A model generated the notes under the pieces. The model was given only the letters and a program-made list of their open reading frames with translations. It was not told the DNA's origin and searched no databases. DNA of 64,000 nucleotides, from positions 6,261 through 70,260 of the forward strand of contig CAZSNG010000005.1 of the NCBI GenBank assembly GCA_964608345.1. The letters run 5' to 3'. This DNA is from an uncultured Thermotogae bacterium. Lineage in GTDB: Bacteria; Bipolaricaulota; Bipolaricaulia; UBA7950; UBA9294. The translations under genes and the position numbers were made by a program. How positions within the stretch are numbered: the stretch's first letter is position 1; the number at the start of each line of letters is the position of its first letter. This document shows positions 8,958 to 18,900 of this stretch, in pieces.

Positions 8958-10896
8958 GATCGCGGCACCGTCGTCGTAGGCGATCCGCGTGCCATCCGGC
9001 GACGAGCGGCGCAGGCGCGGTCCCCGCCAGATCGGTCAGGTCGATTCGATCCCGGTAGAAGTCCGTGTACGCGACGCGCGCGCCGTCACCGGCGACGGCG
9101 GCTTGCGCGTATCGCCGCGAGTACTGACCGAATCCCGGGCAGAGGAAGTCGTTGCCGCCCGGCCCTTGTCCCGTCTCGGCGGAGAGCTTCGCCAAGCACC
9201 ACTGGCCTGACCGATTGGTCGTGTAGACGATGGTGTCGTCAAGCGGCGACCAGGAAGCGTCGATGTCATGGGAGCTTCCGAAGGGATCGCTGCTGATTCG
9301 CTCGAGCCCGCTGCCGTTCGGATGAACCCTGTGGATCCCGTACCGGCAGTCGTCGGTCGCCTCCTGCATCGCGAATGCGATCCACGGCCCGCCCGGATAG
9401 CCCGCCGGCGACCAGCTCGGACGACTGGCCCCTTCGATCCGGGCTGTGCAGCTGCAGAGATCGCCGGTGATCACTTGCTGGTTCGTACCGTCCGCGTCCA
9501 TGACGTAGAGGCGGTAGCTCGCATCTCGATTGGAAACGAACGCGATCCGCTGGCAGTCGGGGGACCAGGCCGGATAGAGATCATCTCCGAGCGAGTCCGT
9601 CAGGCGTGTCTCGCCGGTGAGATTGTCGTCCATCGCGTAGATCTCCCAATCGCCATCCCGGTCGGACATGAATGCGATCCTGTCGGCGCACCAGCACGGA
9701 TCGATGTTGCGCACGATCCCGGCGTTGTCCGACTCGAACCACAAAGCCGGTGCGCCGGTGTTGTGGGTGGTGGGGAGTGACGTCTCCAGACGGACCGATC
9801 CGCTTGGCTGGAGCGTGTGAGTGGACATCTCCTGTCCCCAGTTGCCCATGTTGGACGTCGAGACCGTCCCGATCGGGATCGACGTGAGCGGCCCGATCAG
9901 CGTGTCCGCGTCGTGCTTGTCGCCGGTGACGTACATCGAGCTCAGCTCGGCCAGTCCGAGACCGTATGTTCCGCGGATCGAGTAGAGCGTCACGTCGGTC
10001 GTCGCGGTTGCCGTGAGTGCCACGGAGGCGACGAGCTGCGTGCTGTTCAGCCCGGTTCGCTCGATGTCCCAGACCACGTCCATGACGGGGAAGCCGCCTT
10101 GATCGAGCGTGCCGATCAATCGGGCCGACCATCCGTCATCGACGGTGAGTTCGACCGTGTCGATCGACGGATGCCGTAGCGGACTCGGGGAGTATCCGTC
10201 GGCGAGAAACGGCGGCGCGAGGTGGAGCGGTCCCAGTACGACGGACGTTCCGAAGCACGGATCGGTTGGCGAGCCGGGCGCTTCACCGCGTGGCTTCCAG
10301 CGGGTGAACCCGTTGTCGTAGATCACCACGTCCTGCGGCCAGCTGTCTTCGAGGTCCCAACGGCTTCCCAGGACGATCCCGGGGTGGGTGCCATGCGAGA
10401 TGCCGTTCACGATGACCTCGAAGCTTCCGATGTCCGATGGGGTATCGAGGACGTAGACCTGATCGGACGCATCGGCGGTCTCGAAGATGAGCGTTGCGGC
10501 GTTCTCTCCGCCTCCGGAGCCGCCGTGCGGACCTCCGGCGCTTCCGGAACAGGTGCTGCAAGGGGTGTCCGCCGGCGGGCATGGACTGGGGCAGTCCGTG
10601 TCGTCGCAGCAGCACCACTCCGTCCACGGGGCTCCGCACGGGTGAACCTCGACGGACGGATGCGTCGCGCGGAGGGTGAACGCGGCGGAGATCACCTCGC
10701 CTTCGCCGAGCGTCGGGCCGGCGATCGGCAGCGCGATGGGGACGACGAGGCTGTCGTGCTCGGCGCAGAGAGAGGCGCTCCGCTGCACGATGTAGAAGAG
10801 GTCGGCTGCGAGGGCGTGCGGCGTGACGAAGGCAAGAATGAGAGAGATCAAGCAGGCGGCGAGATGAAGACACCATCGAGCGCGGCGGCTGTGCAC
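8806..10896 (-). CDS. secreted Cys-rich TolB-like (PD40/WD40-like beta-propeller) protein, frameshifted near 9000
   Basis: 696-aa ORF. Signal peptide MHSRRARWCLHLAACLISLILAFV. Cys-rich stretch WCCCDDTDCPSPCPP. PD40-type repeats (IAFMSDRDGDWEIYAMD, IAFVSNRDASYRLYVMDADG). The last ~45 aa are R-rich low-complexity, consistent with reading in the wrong frame after a frameshift. Confidence 0.6.
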   Translation of the reverse strand: MHSRRARWCLHLAACLISLILAFVTPHALAADLFYIVQRSASLCAEHDSLVVPIALPIAGPTLGEGEVISAAFTLRATHPSVEVHPCGAPWTEWCCCDDTDCPSPCPPADTPCSTCSGSAGGPHGGSGGGENAATLIFETADASDQVYVLDTPSDIGSFEVIVNGISHGTHPGIVLGSRWDLEDSWPQDVVIYDNGFTRWKPRGEAPGSPTDPCFGTSVVLGPLHLAPPFLADGYSPSPLRHPSIDTVELTVDDGWSARLIGTLDQGGFPVMDVVWDIERTGLNSTQLVASVALTATATTDVTLYSIRGTYGLGLAELSSMYVTGDKHDADTLIGPLTSIPIGTVSTSNMGNWGQEMSTHTLQPSGSVRLETSLPTTHNTGAPALWFESDNAGIVRNIDPCWCADRIAFMSDRDGDWEIYAMDDNLTGETRLTDSLGDDLYPAWSPDCQRIAFVSNRDASYRLYVMDADGTNQQVITGDLCSCTARIEGASRPSWSPAGYPGGPWIAFAMQEATDDCRYGIHRVHPNGSGLERISSDPFGSSHDIDASWSPLDDTIVYTTNRSGQWCLAKLSAETGQGPGGNDFLCPGFGQYSRRYAQAAVAGDGARVAYTDFYRDRIDLTDLAGTAPAPLVAGWHADRLRRRCRDRAHDALVARRLRRHDARRCRLRRHLLRGRVHGRVRRHRRVGRGVRTGRAG

Positions 10897-11000
10897 GGCA
10901 CCTCCTTCGGCGAAGGGGCATGATATCGGAGATTCACGTTTTCTTCAATACGTCTGAGGGAACGGAAGCGCTCCATCTTGCCGCGTATGGAGCGGCCAGA

Positions 11001-11597
11001 TCACTGCGGCTTGACCAACTCGACGTGGAAGAAGCGGCCGTTCTTACGCACCTCGCCGGCGTCGAATCCGGCGGCCTCGGCCGCGGTGACGTAGAAGGTC
11101 GGATCGTGGGGCTCGTCAGGCCACGGCTGGCCGTACCCGGTGCCGATTTCGCGATCTCCGACGAGGACGCGAAGGAAGGTGACGTAGGCCTCCTTGTCGG
11201 TGTCCGCGGGACGCGAGATGTTCGCGTCCCAGATGAGGAGCCGGCCGCCGGGCCGGAGGACCCGGTGTGCCTCGGCGAGGACCTTCTCGATGTCTTCACG
11301 GCTCTTGAGGAACATCAGCGAGAAGAACGCCGTTGCCGTCTCGAAGGAGCCGTCGAGGAACGGGAGGGCGCGCGCGTCGCCGACGACCTTCAGCGGACCG
11401 TCCGGTGCCTCTTCGAGCTCCCGCTTTTGCGGATCGATCGCGACGACACGATCCCCCTTCAAGAGGCCGATGATCCCTTCGCCGCCGCCGCCGATGTCGA
11501 GACTGAAGCCGGCGGCATCGAAGTCGTCGACGGTGATCGTCTCCTGGTCGAACACGCAGTACTTCTCCCTCAACGCTGCCATCTGCTCGTCGTTCAT
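11001..11597 (-). CDS. class I SAM-dependent methyltransferase
   Basis: ORF 11001..11828 trimmed to MNDEQMAAL (rc ATG 11595-11597) with GAGGAGGAG SD. Motif I LDIGGGGEGIIGLL and downstream ALPFLDGSF segment. ATGA overlap with the upstream Cho-like gene. Confidence 0.75.
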   Translation of the reverse strand: MNDEQMAALREKYCVFDQETITVDDFDAAGFSLDIGGGGEGIIGLLKGDRVVAIDPQKRELEEAPDGPLKVVGDARALPFLDGSFETATAFFSLMFLKSREDIEKVLAEAHRVLRPGGRLLIWDANISRPADTDKEAYVTFLRVLVGDREIGTGYGQPWPDEPHDPTFYVTAAEAAGFDAGEVRKNGRFFHVELVKPQ

Positions 11598-12703
11598 CTC
11601 TCTGCTCCTCCTCGTTGCGCATCCACCCCGTGTCGGTGATTCATCCGACAGATCTCCAGAAGCTGGCCGTGGCGGCTCCCCGGGGATCGCGGGACGATCA
11701 CGCGACGCCCGCGATCCGGGGCACCGGTCAGCAGATTGCGTGCGACCGGATTGCAGACCACGCAGGACGTCTCGGCTTGCCGGAGGCGCTCCGCCAGAGC
11801 GATCCCGCTCGGCACCTCCTCGATGCACAGTCCGATCGCGTCGCCGTCTCGGACATGGATCGTCGCCAGATGATCATCCTCCAGCCACAGCACGTCCAGA
11901 TCCCACGGGCGGTCGATCTCGACGGCCTGCGGCAGGCGGGCGTGTTCGAGTGCGCGGATCCGATCCCGCAACTGTCCAGCCTCGTCGTATGACTGTCTGG
12001 CCGACAGCTCATCCATCTCTCGGCGCCACGCCTTCAATCTTGCCGCCGGCGGGCGAGCCAGGAACCGTCCGGCCTGGCGGATGAGGAGCCGGTACCCATT
12101 CTCGTCGATAGCGCTCGCACACGGCGCCCGGCACGTTCCCGCCTCTGCTCGTACGCAGGCGGTCCCGTCCGCGGGCAGTGCATGGCACGTCCGGATCGGG
12201 AACAGCTCTCGGACGGCTTCGAGGATTCGATTTCGCAGCCGCCAACCGACGTAGGGTCCGAACAGCTCCGCGTATCGGCCGTCGGTGGCGTGCAACGCGA
12301 AGTTGACCCGTTCCTTGCGGTAGGGGACGAATCGGGGGAACCGCTCGTCGGTCAGCGCGATGTAGTAGTAACTGTCTCCCGCGCGAGTGAAACGGCTGTT
12401 GTACGGCGGCCGGTGGTGGCGGATGAGATTGCTCTCGAGAACGAGCGCCTCGCGTTCGTTGCGCACGAGGAAGACGTCGATCCCTCGGATCCGCCGGATC
12501 ATCTCGGCCTTCCGATGAGGGCGCTCGGAGTCGCGGAAGTAGGACGACAGCCGGCGCCGGAGATTCACGGCTTTCCCGACGTAGAGCAAGGCGCCGGAGG
12601 CGTCTCGCATCAGATAACAGCCGGGCTGCTCCGGATACGAGGCGGCCCGGAACGCGAAGACGGCCGGTTCGGTTCGTCGTGTGATGTGCGTTACGCTCGC
12701 CAT
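11594..12703 (-). CDS. UvrC-homolog (Cho-like) GIY-YIG excinuclease lacking the C-terminal RNaseH-like/HhH half
   Basis: GIY-YIG block GCYLMRDASGALLYVGKAVNLRRRLSSYF and UVR-like helix YDEAGQLRDRIRALE. About 369 aa from MASVTHI (rc ATG 12701-12703); alternative start 12718. Confidence 0.75.
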   Translation of the reverse strand: MASVTHITRRTEPAVFAFRAASYPEQPGCYLMRDASGALLYVGKAVNLRRRLSSYFRDSERPHRKAEMIRRIRGIDVFLVRNEREALVLESNLIRHHRPPYNSRFTRAGDSYYYIALTDERFPRFVPYRKERVNFALHATDGRYAELFGPYVGWRLRNRILEAVRELFPIRTCHALPADGTACVRAEAGTCRAPCASAIDENGYRLLIRQAGRFLARPPAARLKAWRREMDELSARQSYDEAGQLRDRIRALEHARLPQAVEIDRPWDLDVLWLEDDHLATIHVRDGDAIGLCIEEVPSGIALAERLRQAETSCVVCNPVARNLLTGAPDRGRRVIVPRSPGSRHGQLLEICRMNHRHGVDAQRGGAER

Positions 12704-12813
12704 CGGTGCGCAGACCATACGTGCGGTGCGGCGGCACGGCAACTCGGCCGGCCTCCGCGGGTCAGGCAGGGTCGTTCGCGGTGCGCTATCCGCGCTGACC
12801 ACGGCCGGCCGAG

Positions 12814-13488
12814 CTAGGCGGCGAAGGGAACCGTGCCGCGGATGCGCGTGAGTACTTCGGCGTGCGGATCGTCCCGCCAGGTCGCGGCGTCGATCCCGGT
12901 CAACCGGGCGCGGGGCGCGAAGCCGGTCGACGGTGCGTGCGGGCCGCGGCAGAGGTCGATGTAGTCTCCTTGCTTGTAGAGGGTGATCGCCGGCGTGCCG
13001 ATCTCCTCAAGGATCTCGAGCTTGAGGACTTCGCCGAGCCGGATCAGCAGCGATCGGGCGTCGCCCCTCGACATCTCGATTCGCTCGATCGGAAGATCCT
13101 CATCGATGATCCGCGCCATCTCCGCCTCGATCCGCTCTGTCTCGGCTTCCGTGAGCGGCCGTGCGGCGACGATGTCCTGGACGAAGCCGCGGGCGGACGC
13201 CGGCCCCATGCCGAGCACGATGTCGGGGAAGAGGCGCTTGACGGCGTGCGCCGCGATGTGTGCCGCCGTGTGGCAGAGGACCGCGCGTCCTTCCGGCGTG
13301 CTTGCCGTATGGAACCCGATCTCGCAATCTGACGTCAGCCGATCGCGTAGGTCACGTAGCTCCCCATCGACGGTGACGCACAGGAGAGTTGGCGCGAGTC
13401 GAGGCTCGACGGCGGTCGCAAGGTCACGAATGCCGGTCCCACACCGGATGCTCCGCTTGGAACCGTCTGGCAGCGCAATCCGTATCAT
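12814..13488 (-). CDS. stand-alone ThrRS N-terminal-like protein (TGS domain + tRNA_SAD editing-type domain)
   Basis: ORF 12814..13677 trimmed to MIRIALPDGSKR (rc ATG 13486-13488, AAAGGAG SD). TGS-like N-terminus, then the zinc motifs HTAAH (HxxxH) and CRGPH (CxxxH) diagnostic of ThrRS/AlaX editing domains. No catalytic aminoacylation core. Confidence 0.65.
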   Translation of the reverse strand: MIRIALPDGSKRSIRCGTGIRDLATAVEPRLAPTLLCVTVDGELRDLRDRLTSDCEIGFHTASTPEGRAVLCHTAAHIAAHAVKRLFPDIVLGMGPASARGFVQDIVAARPLTEAETERIEAEMARIIDEDLPIERIEMSRGDARSLLIRLGEVLKLEILEEIGTPAITLYKQGDYIDLCRGPHAPSTGFAPRARLTGIDAATWRDDPHAEVLTRIRGTVPFAA

Positions 13489-13886
13489 GTCGTTCGCTCC
13501 TTTCGGACAGGCGCCTGCGCCCGTCCCCGGTGAGCCGCCGGATCGGCCTTGCGCTACCCAACAGATCAAAGGAAAGACTGCAGGCGAGCGCCTGCAGTCG
13601 TCTCGGACCTCCTGTTGGGCGGTGCGCAAGCCGAAGCTAGCGGCCCACAGGAAGTCCGTTGCTCGTCGTACCAACACCGACCGGATCCGCCGAAATCGAT
13701 CTCAGAGCGGTCCCGCTTGGTTGGCACATTGCAGAATCACTCTAGTCGAGAGGAGGGCTGGAGTCAACCCCCGGCGGCAGTGGGGACGAAACAAGTCGGG
13801 AGTGGGGGTGTATTCCACACGCACACTGACACCTTCCGCCCACCGAGGCCCAGGCCCTCCGGGACCTGGGCCTCCCTCCTTGAGGG

Positions 13887-14207
13887 CTACCAATTTGACG
13901 AGGGGAAGACACGCGGCGGAGGGAGCCCGTCACTGGGCTGGGCGAGACCGGAATCGTCGATGGCCTCGAGGTACCACTTCTGCCGCATCGGCTCGAAGCG
14001 GACGGAGTAGCGGGTCAGCCCGTCGGTGCACCGATAGTTGAGAGACATCGTTCCGCGCTCCACCTGAGCCGGGCCGGTGAGGTCGATCCGGCGGTGATTC
14101 CATCGAATCGCCTGCAGCGACGGGAACTGCAGCCCCTTCGTGTACTTGACGAGCGCGTCGACCTCCGAATTGATCCACATGGCTCGTACATCGTGCCGTG
14201 TGTGCAA
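13887..14207 (-). CDS. hypothetical protein
   Basis: 106-aa ORF with protein-like composition (WINSEVDALVKYTKGLQFPSLQAIRWNHRRIDLTGP...). Start uncertain (ATG 14207 or 14180). No recognisable motif. Confidence 0.3.
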   Translation of the reverse strand: MHTRHDVRAMWINSEVDALVKYTKGLQFPSLQAIRWNHRRIDLTGPAQVERGTMSLNYRCTDGLTRYSVRFEPMRQKWYLEAIDDSGLAQPSDGLPPPRVFPSSNW

Positions 14208-14302
14208 GCGCTCGTCAAGGAGACATTGGTGACGTCACGCTGCGGCTTCGGACAGAGACCCTTCCCTGCGAACGGCCGGACCTCCGATGTGTGCGCTACG
14301 CG

Positions 14303-15244
14303 CTAGCGATCGCACGGGTCGTGTCCGGGATGGACGAGCAGCTCGTCCAGGTCGCGGGTGGTTACGAACGGAACGTATCCGTTCGCTTCGGACTTCGCGT
14401 ACGCGTCGTCGATGTGGCGTGGCGTCGTCGCGTAGTCGATCGTGAGGACGAGCTTTCCGGCGGCGAGGAAGATGTCGAGATGCGACTCCATCTCCGCGGT
14501 CACAGTGATCGGCGTCATCACGTCATCGTCCGCATAGCCGTAGTAGATGTCCTCCTGGCCGATGCCGTCGACGAGATCGAGATACTCAGGGAACGCGTCG
14601 CCGAGCTCGGCGGCGTTCTGGACGACGAGGAGGAAATCGGGATCGCGGGCCGCGACGTGGGCGCGGATCGCACCGATGAGCGCGATCATCTCCGCCGCCG
14701 CCGTCGATCGCCCACGGCTCTCGTAGTGCTCGTACGCATCGATCAGGTCGAGGTAGGCTCCGTGGAATCCGGCATCGAGGAGCCGATCGGTGTGCTCGAG
14801 CACGATGTCCCGCCACTCCGGATCCCAGTAGCGGACCTTGTAATTCCCTTCCCAGTCCGGGTTCTCGTCATCCAGCCAGGGCGGAGCCGTGGACGTCCAC
14901 GCGACCTGCCAGTAGAAGCGGTAGTCCTCAGCCTCTCCGATGCTCATGTAGGAGAGCACGATCTTCGTTCCGCCCGGGCCGCCGGCGAGCGCTTCGATCT
15001 GCGCTGGGGTTAGCTCTCCTTCCTCGCCGCCGTCGGAGGAGTAGTCGATGACGATCAGGTCGTAGCAGCTGCGGGCGATCGCGACCAAGTCGAAGTCCTG
15101 CAGCTGATAGAGGAAGCTGCGAACGCTTCTCGACTCCGGAAGCGCCGGGGACGGGATGCCGATCTGGCATGCGCTCAGCAGCCCCGCCCAGACAAGAACC
15201 GACAAGGTGGCGGCGCGCCGAAGAGCGGCGCGATGTCTCGACAT
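14303..15244 (-). CDS. putative GH114/TM1410-family glycoside hydrolase lipoprotein
   Basis: ORF 14303..15832 trimmed to MSRHRAALRRAATLSVLVWAGLLSAC (lipoprotein-type signal, rc ATG 15242-15244). Remaining ~290 aa resemble the TIM-barrel endo-alpha-1,4-polygalactosaminidase-like family. Family assignment from memory. Confidence 0.55.
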   Translation of the reverse strand: MSRHRAALRRAATLSVLVWAGLLSACQIGIPSPALPESRSVRSFLYQLQDFDLVAIARSCYDLIVIDYSSDGGEEGELTPAQIEALAGGPGGTKIVLSYMSIGEAEDYRFYWQVAWTSTAPPWLDDENPDWEGNYKVRYWDPEWRDIVLEHTDRLLDAGFHGAYLDLIDAYEHYESRGRSTAAAEMIALIGAIRAHVAARDPDFLLVVQNAAELGDAFPEYLDLVDGIGQEDIYYGYADDDVMTPITVTAEMESHLDIFLAAGKLVLTIDYATTPRHIDDAYAKSEANGYVPFVTTRDLDELLVHPGHDPCDR

Positions 15245-15391
15245 GCCCCAACCGTAGGGGCTCGGACATGCCCGGTCAAGCGAATGCAGCGCAGCCGCCG
15301 GTCGAAGAGGCGGACATTCTTCTCCCGTCGACGCCGCGAATGTGATGTCCGTCACGCAGCGCTCCTCGTAGCCTCTCCGCGAGGAGGGAAC

Positions 15392-15583
15392 ATGCACGAA
15401 TGGCCGAACGAGGTACACATGGCCGACTGGGTGCGTGAGTACTTCGGCATCGAGGATGAGGACGAGCTGCGTGTGCTGCTCGCCGATCCGACGCAAATGC
15501 TCGCCCTTCTGGACGTGGCGCAGGCCGCCGGTGACGAGGAAATGCCGGTGATCGCCAAGTCGCCCGACCCGTACGCGGTCTGA
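15392..15583 (+). CDS. small acidic hypothetical protein
   Basis: 63 codons starting MHEWPNEVHMADWVREYFGIEDEDEL, preceded by GAGGAGGG SD 4 nt upstream. Lies in the 650-bp divergent intergenic region. Confidence 0.35.
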   Translation: MHEWPNEVHMADWVREYFGIEDEDELRVLLADPTQMLALLDVAQAAGDEEMPVIAKSPDPYAV

Positions 15584-15901
15584 CAGCGAGCACGAGCGAG
15601 TAGTGGACGGCTGAGACGCCCAGTTCGCTGCCTCGTGCCGCCTTTCTCTCAAGCGAGCCACCGCCAGCAGCCACCGAGCACGGCCGATTCCCGGTCCTCC
15701 GTCCTTCTCCAACCCGTGACAGATGGAACGTCGCCGATCGGAAACGCGGGCCCGATCATGCGGTAAGTTCGTCAGGGTGCAAGGGAGGGAGGAAGGGCGG
15801 ATGCGGACTCGTGTGACCGCGTTGCTCACCAAACTGAAGAGGATTCACTCCGTCGGGTGCCGCCGTCTGGCGGCGCTCTTTGCTGAGGAGAGGAGGAGTC
15901 G

Positions 15902-18900
15902 ATGTCGAGGAGACTGCTAGGGATTGCCTTCGCCGGCCTGGTCGTGGCGAGCATCGGACTGATTGCGGTGTCGCGTGGCGACGAGTTCTACGTGCCAGAC
16001 GACTACCGAACGCTGCGTGAGGCACTGCAGGCCGCGGGACCGGGCGACACGATCGTCCTATCGACCCGGCGGGAGATCCGCGAAACGGTATCGATGCGCA
16101 ACAAGCGGCAGATCACGATCCGAGCCGAAGAACGGTTCAACAAGACGGCCACCGTCGAGGGTCGGGACGACGACGAGCCCGTCTTCGAGCTGGTCAACTG
16201 CCGCGAAATCACCTTCGAGCGGATCAACATCACTGCACGCGAAGACGACGACGGCACCCGTTCTTCGACGGGCGGGATCGTCACCGAGAGCTGTACAGAC
16301 ATCGTGCTGCAGGAGTGCACGATCTCGGGTCACGGCGGTCCGGGGGTTCAGGGCAGCGGCATAACGCTCGAGGAGTGCACGGTCAGCGGGAATCTCTCGT
16401 GGGGCATCGAGCTGACCGGCGGGGCCGGGATCACCGTGACGGCGACGACCGTCGAGAGGAATCCGAGCGGCGGACTGCACATCCAGGACGCTACGGCGTC
16501 ACTGGAGGAAGCCTCGTTCACGAACAATGACGGGTACGGGATCGTCGTCGATGGCAGCTCCTCGGTCCGGTTCAGCGACTTGGGCGGGCCGTCTCGGATC
16601 ACCGGCAACGGCCTCGGCGGGATCCTGGTGAAGGGGGCGACATTCACCCTCCAGGGCAACGCGGACGTTCGAGACAACCGGGGCGTCGGGATCGAGGCGG
16701 AGGACGCGCAGCTGACCGTCTCTGGGGCTGAGATCAGCGGCCATCCAAGCGCGGGAGTCCTCTATCGACGCTCCAGCGGATTCGTCTCATCGAGTTCGAT
16801 CGTCGACAACAGCGGGGTCGGCTTGCTTGTGGACGAGTCGAGCAACGTAACGCTGGATGGAACGACGGTCGCGCGACAGGGTGCCGATGGCGTTCAGGTG
16901 CTGAACGGGTCGACGCTCGGCGTGCGAGGCGGGTCGCTCGTCACGGCGAACGGCGGCGACGGCGTGTTGGCCGATGCGACATCGGTCACGGGTGATGCCG
17001 CGACGTTCTCGCTGAACGGCGGGTCGGGACTGCGGCTGCTTCACGGGGCGACCGCGACGCTCGCGAATTCGATCGTCGATGACAACCAAGCGGATGGGGT
17101 CACCGTGATCGCATCGACCGCGACCCTTCGCGGCGGCCAGTGCAACGACAACGTACGCTACGGGATCTGCGTGATCGAGGGTGGGCGCGCGGTGGTCGAG
17201 AGTGAATGTGTCGTGTCGAACAACGGATCCGACGGACTCCACATCGATGGCGCCACCGGAGAGCTCCGGGACAGCGAAGCGAGCGGGAACACCGAGAACG
17301 GTGTGAGCGTGCTCGGAAACTCGACCGGAACCATTGCCGGCAGTGACGTCTCGGGCAACGGGGAAGAAGGCGTCGAGATCGTCTTGGCGACCGCCACCGT
17401 GAGCGGCAGCGTCGTGTCGTTGAACGGGGCGAACGGTGTTCTCGCGACCGGCGGTGCGGCGGTCGAAGTCCTGTCCGGATCCCGGGTCATCGAGAACGGG
17501 CTCGACGGTTTGCTCGTCGACGCCTCGACGGCGACCGTCGATGCCAGTGAGCTGAGCGACAACGTCGGCCACGGCGCGCACGCGATCGTCGATGCGTTCC
17601 TGACAATCCGAAACGACAGCCTGTTCGAGCGCAACGGCGCCAACGGCGTGTACGTCGTCGAGAGTACGCTGGAGATGTCGGACAGCATCGCTCGGAGCAA
17701 CGTGGAAGACGGCGTCGCCCTCGACGGCGCGGAGGCGCGGATCGACGGGTGCCGGCTCGCCAGTCAAGTGGTTCACGGTTTGCACATGGAGGGGAGCTTC
17801 GCGACTGTGTCCGCCTCGGCGATCGCCAACAACGGCGCCGAAGGGATCTTCGAGCAGAAATCGCGCCTGGCGCTCATCGACTGTACGGTCGAGCTGAACG
17901 TCGTCAACGGGATTCTCCTCGAGAACTCGCTGATCGACGTGCTGCGGTGCGCGGTCCGGGACAACGGGGTCCACGGCCTGTACGGGCACGAGAACTCCAG
18001 CGCGACGGTGACCGGGACGACGATCACGGGCCACCCGGATGACGGCGTCCTGCTGACGAACAGCTCCGGCGACTTCCTGCGAGCGACCGTCGGGCAGAAC
18101 GGGCAACACGGAATCGACACTGACGTTGCGGCGGTCGTCATGGCCGACTCGGACGTCCTCGAGAACACGCTCCACGGCATCCACTTGGTGAATTCGACAG
18201 CCGACCTGACGGGTTGCCGGATCACGGACAACCTGCTGAAAGGTGTATCGGCGACCGACTCGACGGCGTCGATCGTCTCGTGTGCCTTCTCCGGTCAGGG
18301 AGAGGAGGGGCTGTCGCTCGCCAACTCGGCGGCCGGCCTGGAAGAGACGACGATCGAGGGGAGTGCACTCGCGGGGCTGCTAGCGGCGAACTCGGTCGCT
18401 GCGATCGAGGGTGGTGCGATCCGCAACAACGGCTCGCACGGCCTGTCGCTCTCGAGATCGTCAATCGATGCCGTCGACCTGGACGTCTCCGACAACGCAG
18501 GCACCGGCGTGTACGCGGTGTCCTCGGGAATCGGTTTCGTCGGCTGCACCGTGAGCGGCAACGATGAACACGGTTGGTGGCTCGACTTCTCCCAGGCGAC
18601 GGCCGAGGGCGGGGAGACGACCGGAAACGGGATGACCGGCGTATCGGGACGCGAGCGATCGCGCATCACGCTGGTCGACACGGCGGTCACGGATCATCCG
18701 GACGGTGGCCTGGGGCTGGCCGACTCCTCGGCGGACGTTCGCGCCACAATCATCTCAGGCAACGGGACGCACACGGTAATCGCCGCGAAATCGGTGCTTC
18801 GGATCGTCGACGGAACCGAGATCAAGGGCAACGTCGGCAGCGGCCTGTTCCTGACGAACACGTTCGCCGAGATCAAGGGCAGCACGATCGAGACGGGAAC

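Noticed and set aside
13489-13886. T-box riboswitch upstream of the ThrRS-like gene
   Set aside because: Searched both strands for the T-box consensus (AAUUAGGGUGGNACCGCG or its complement) and found no match. Only a generic GC hairpin is present.
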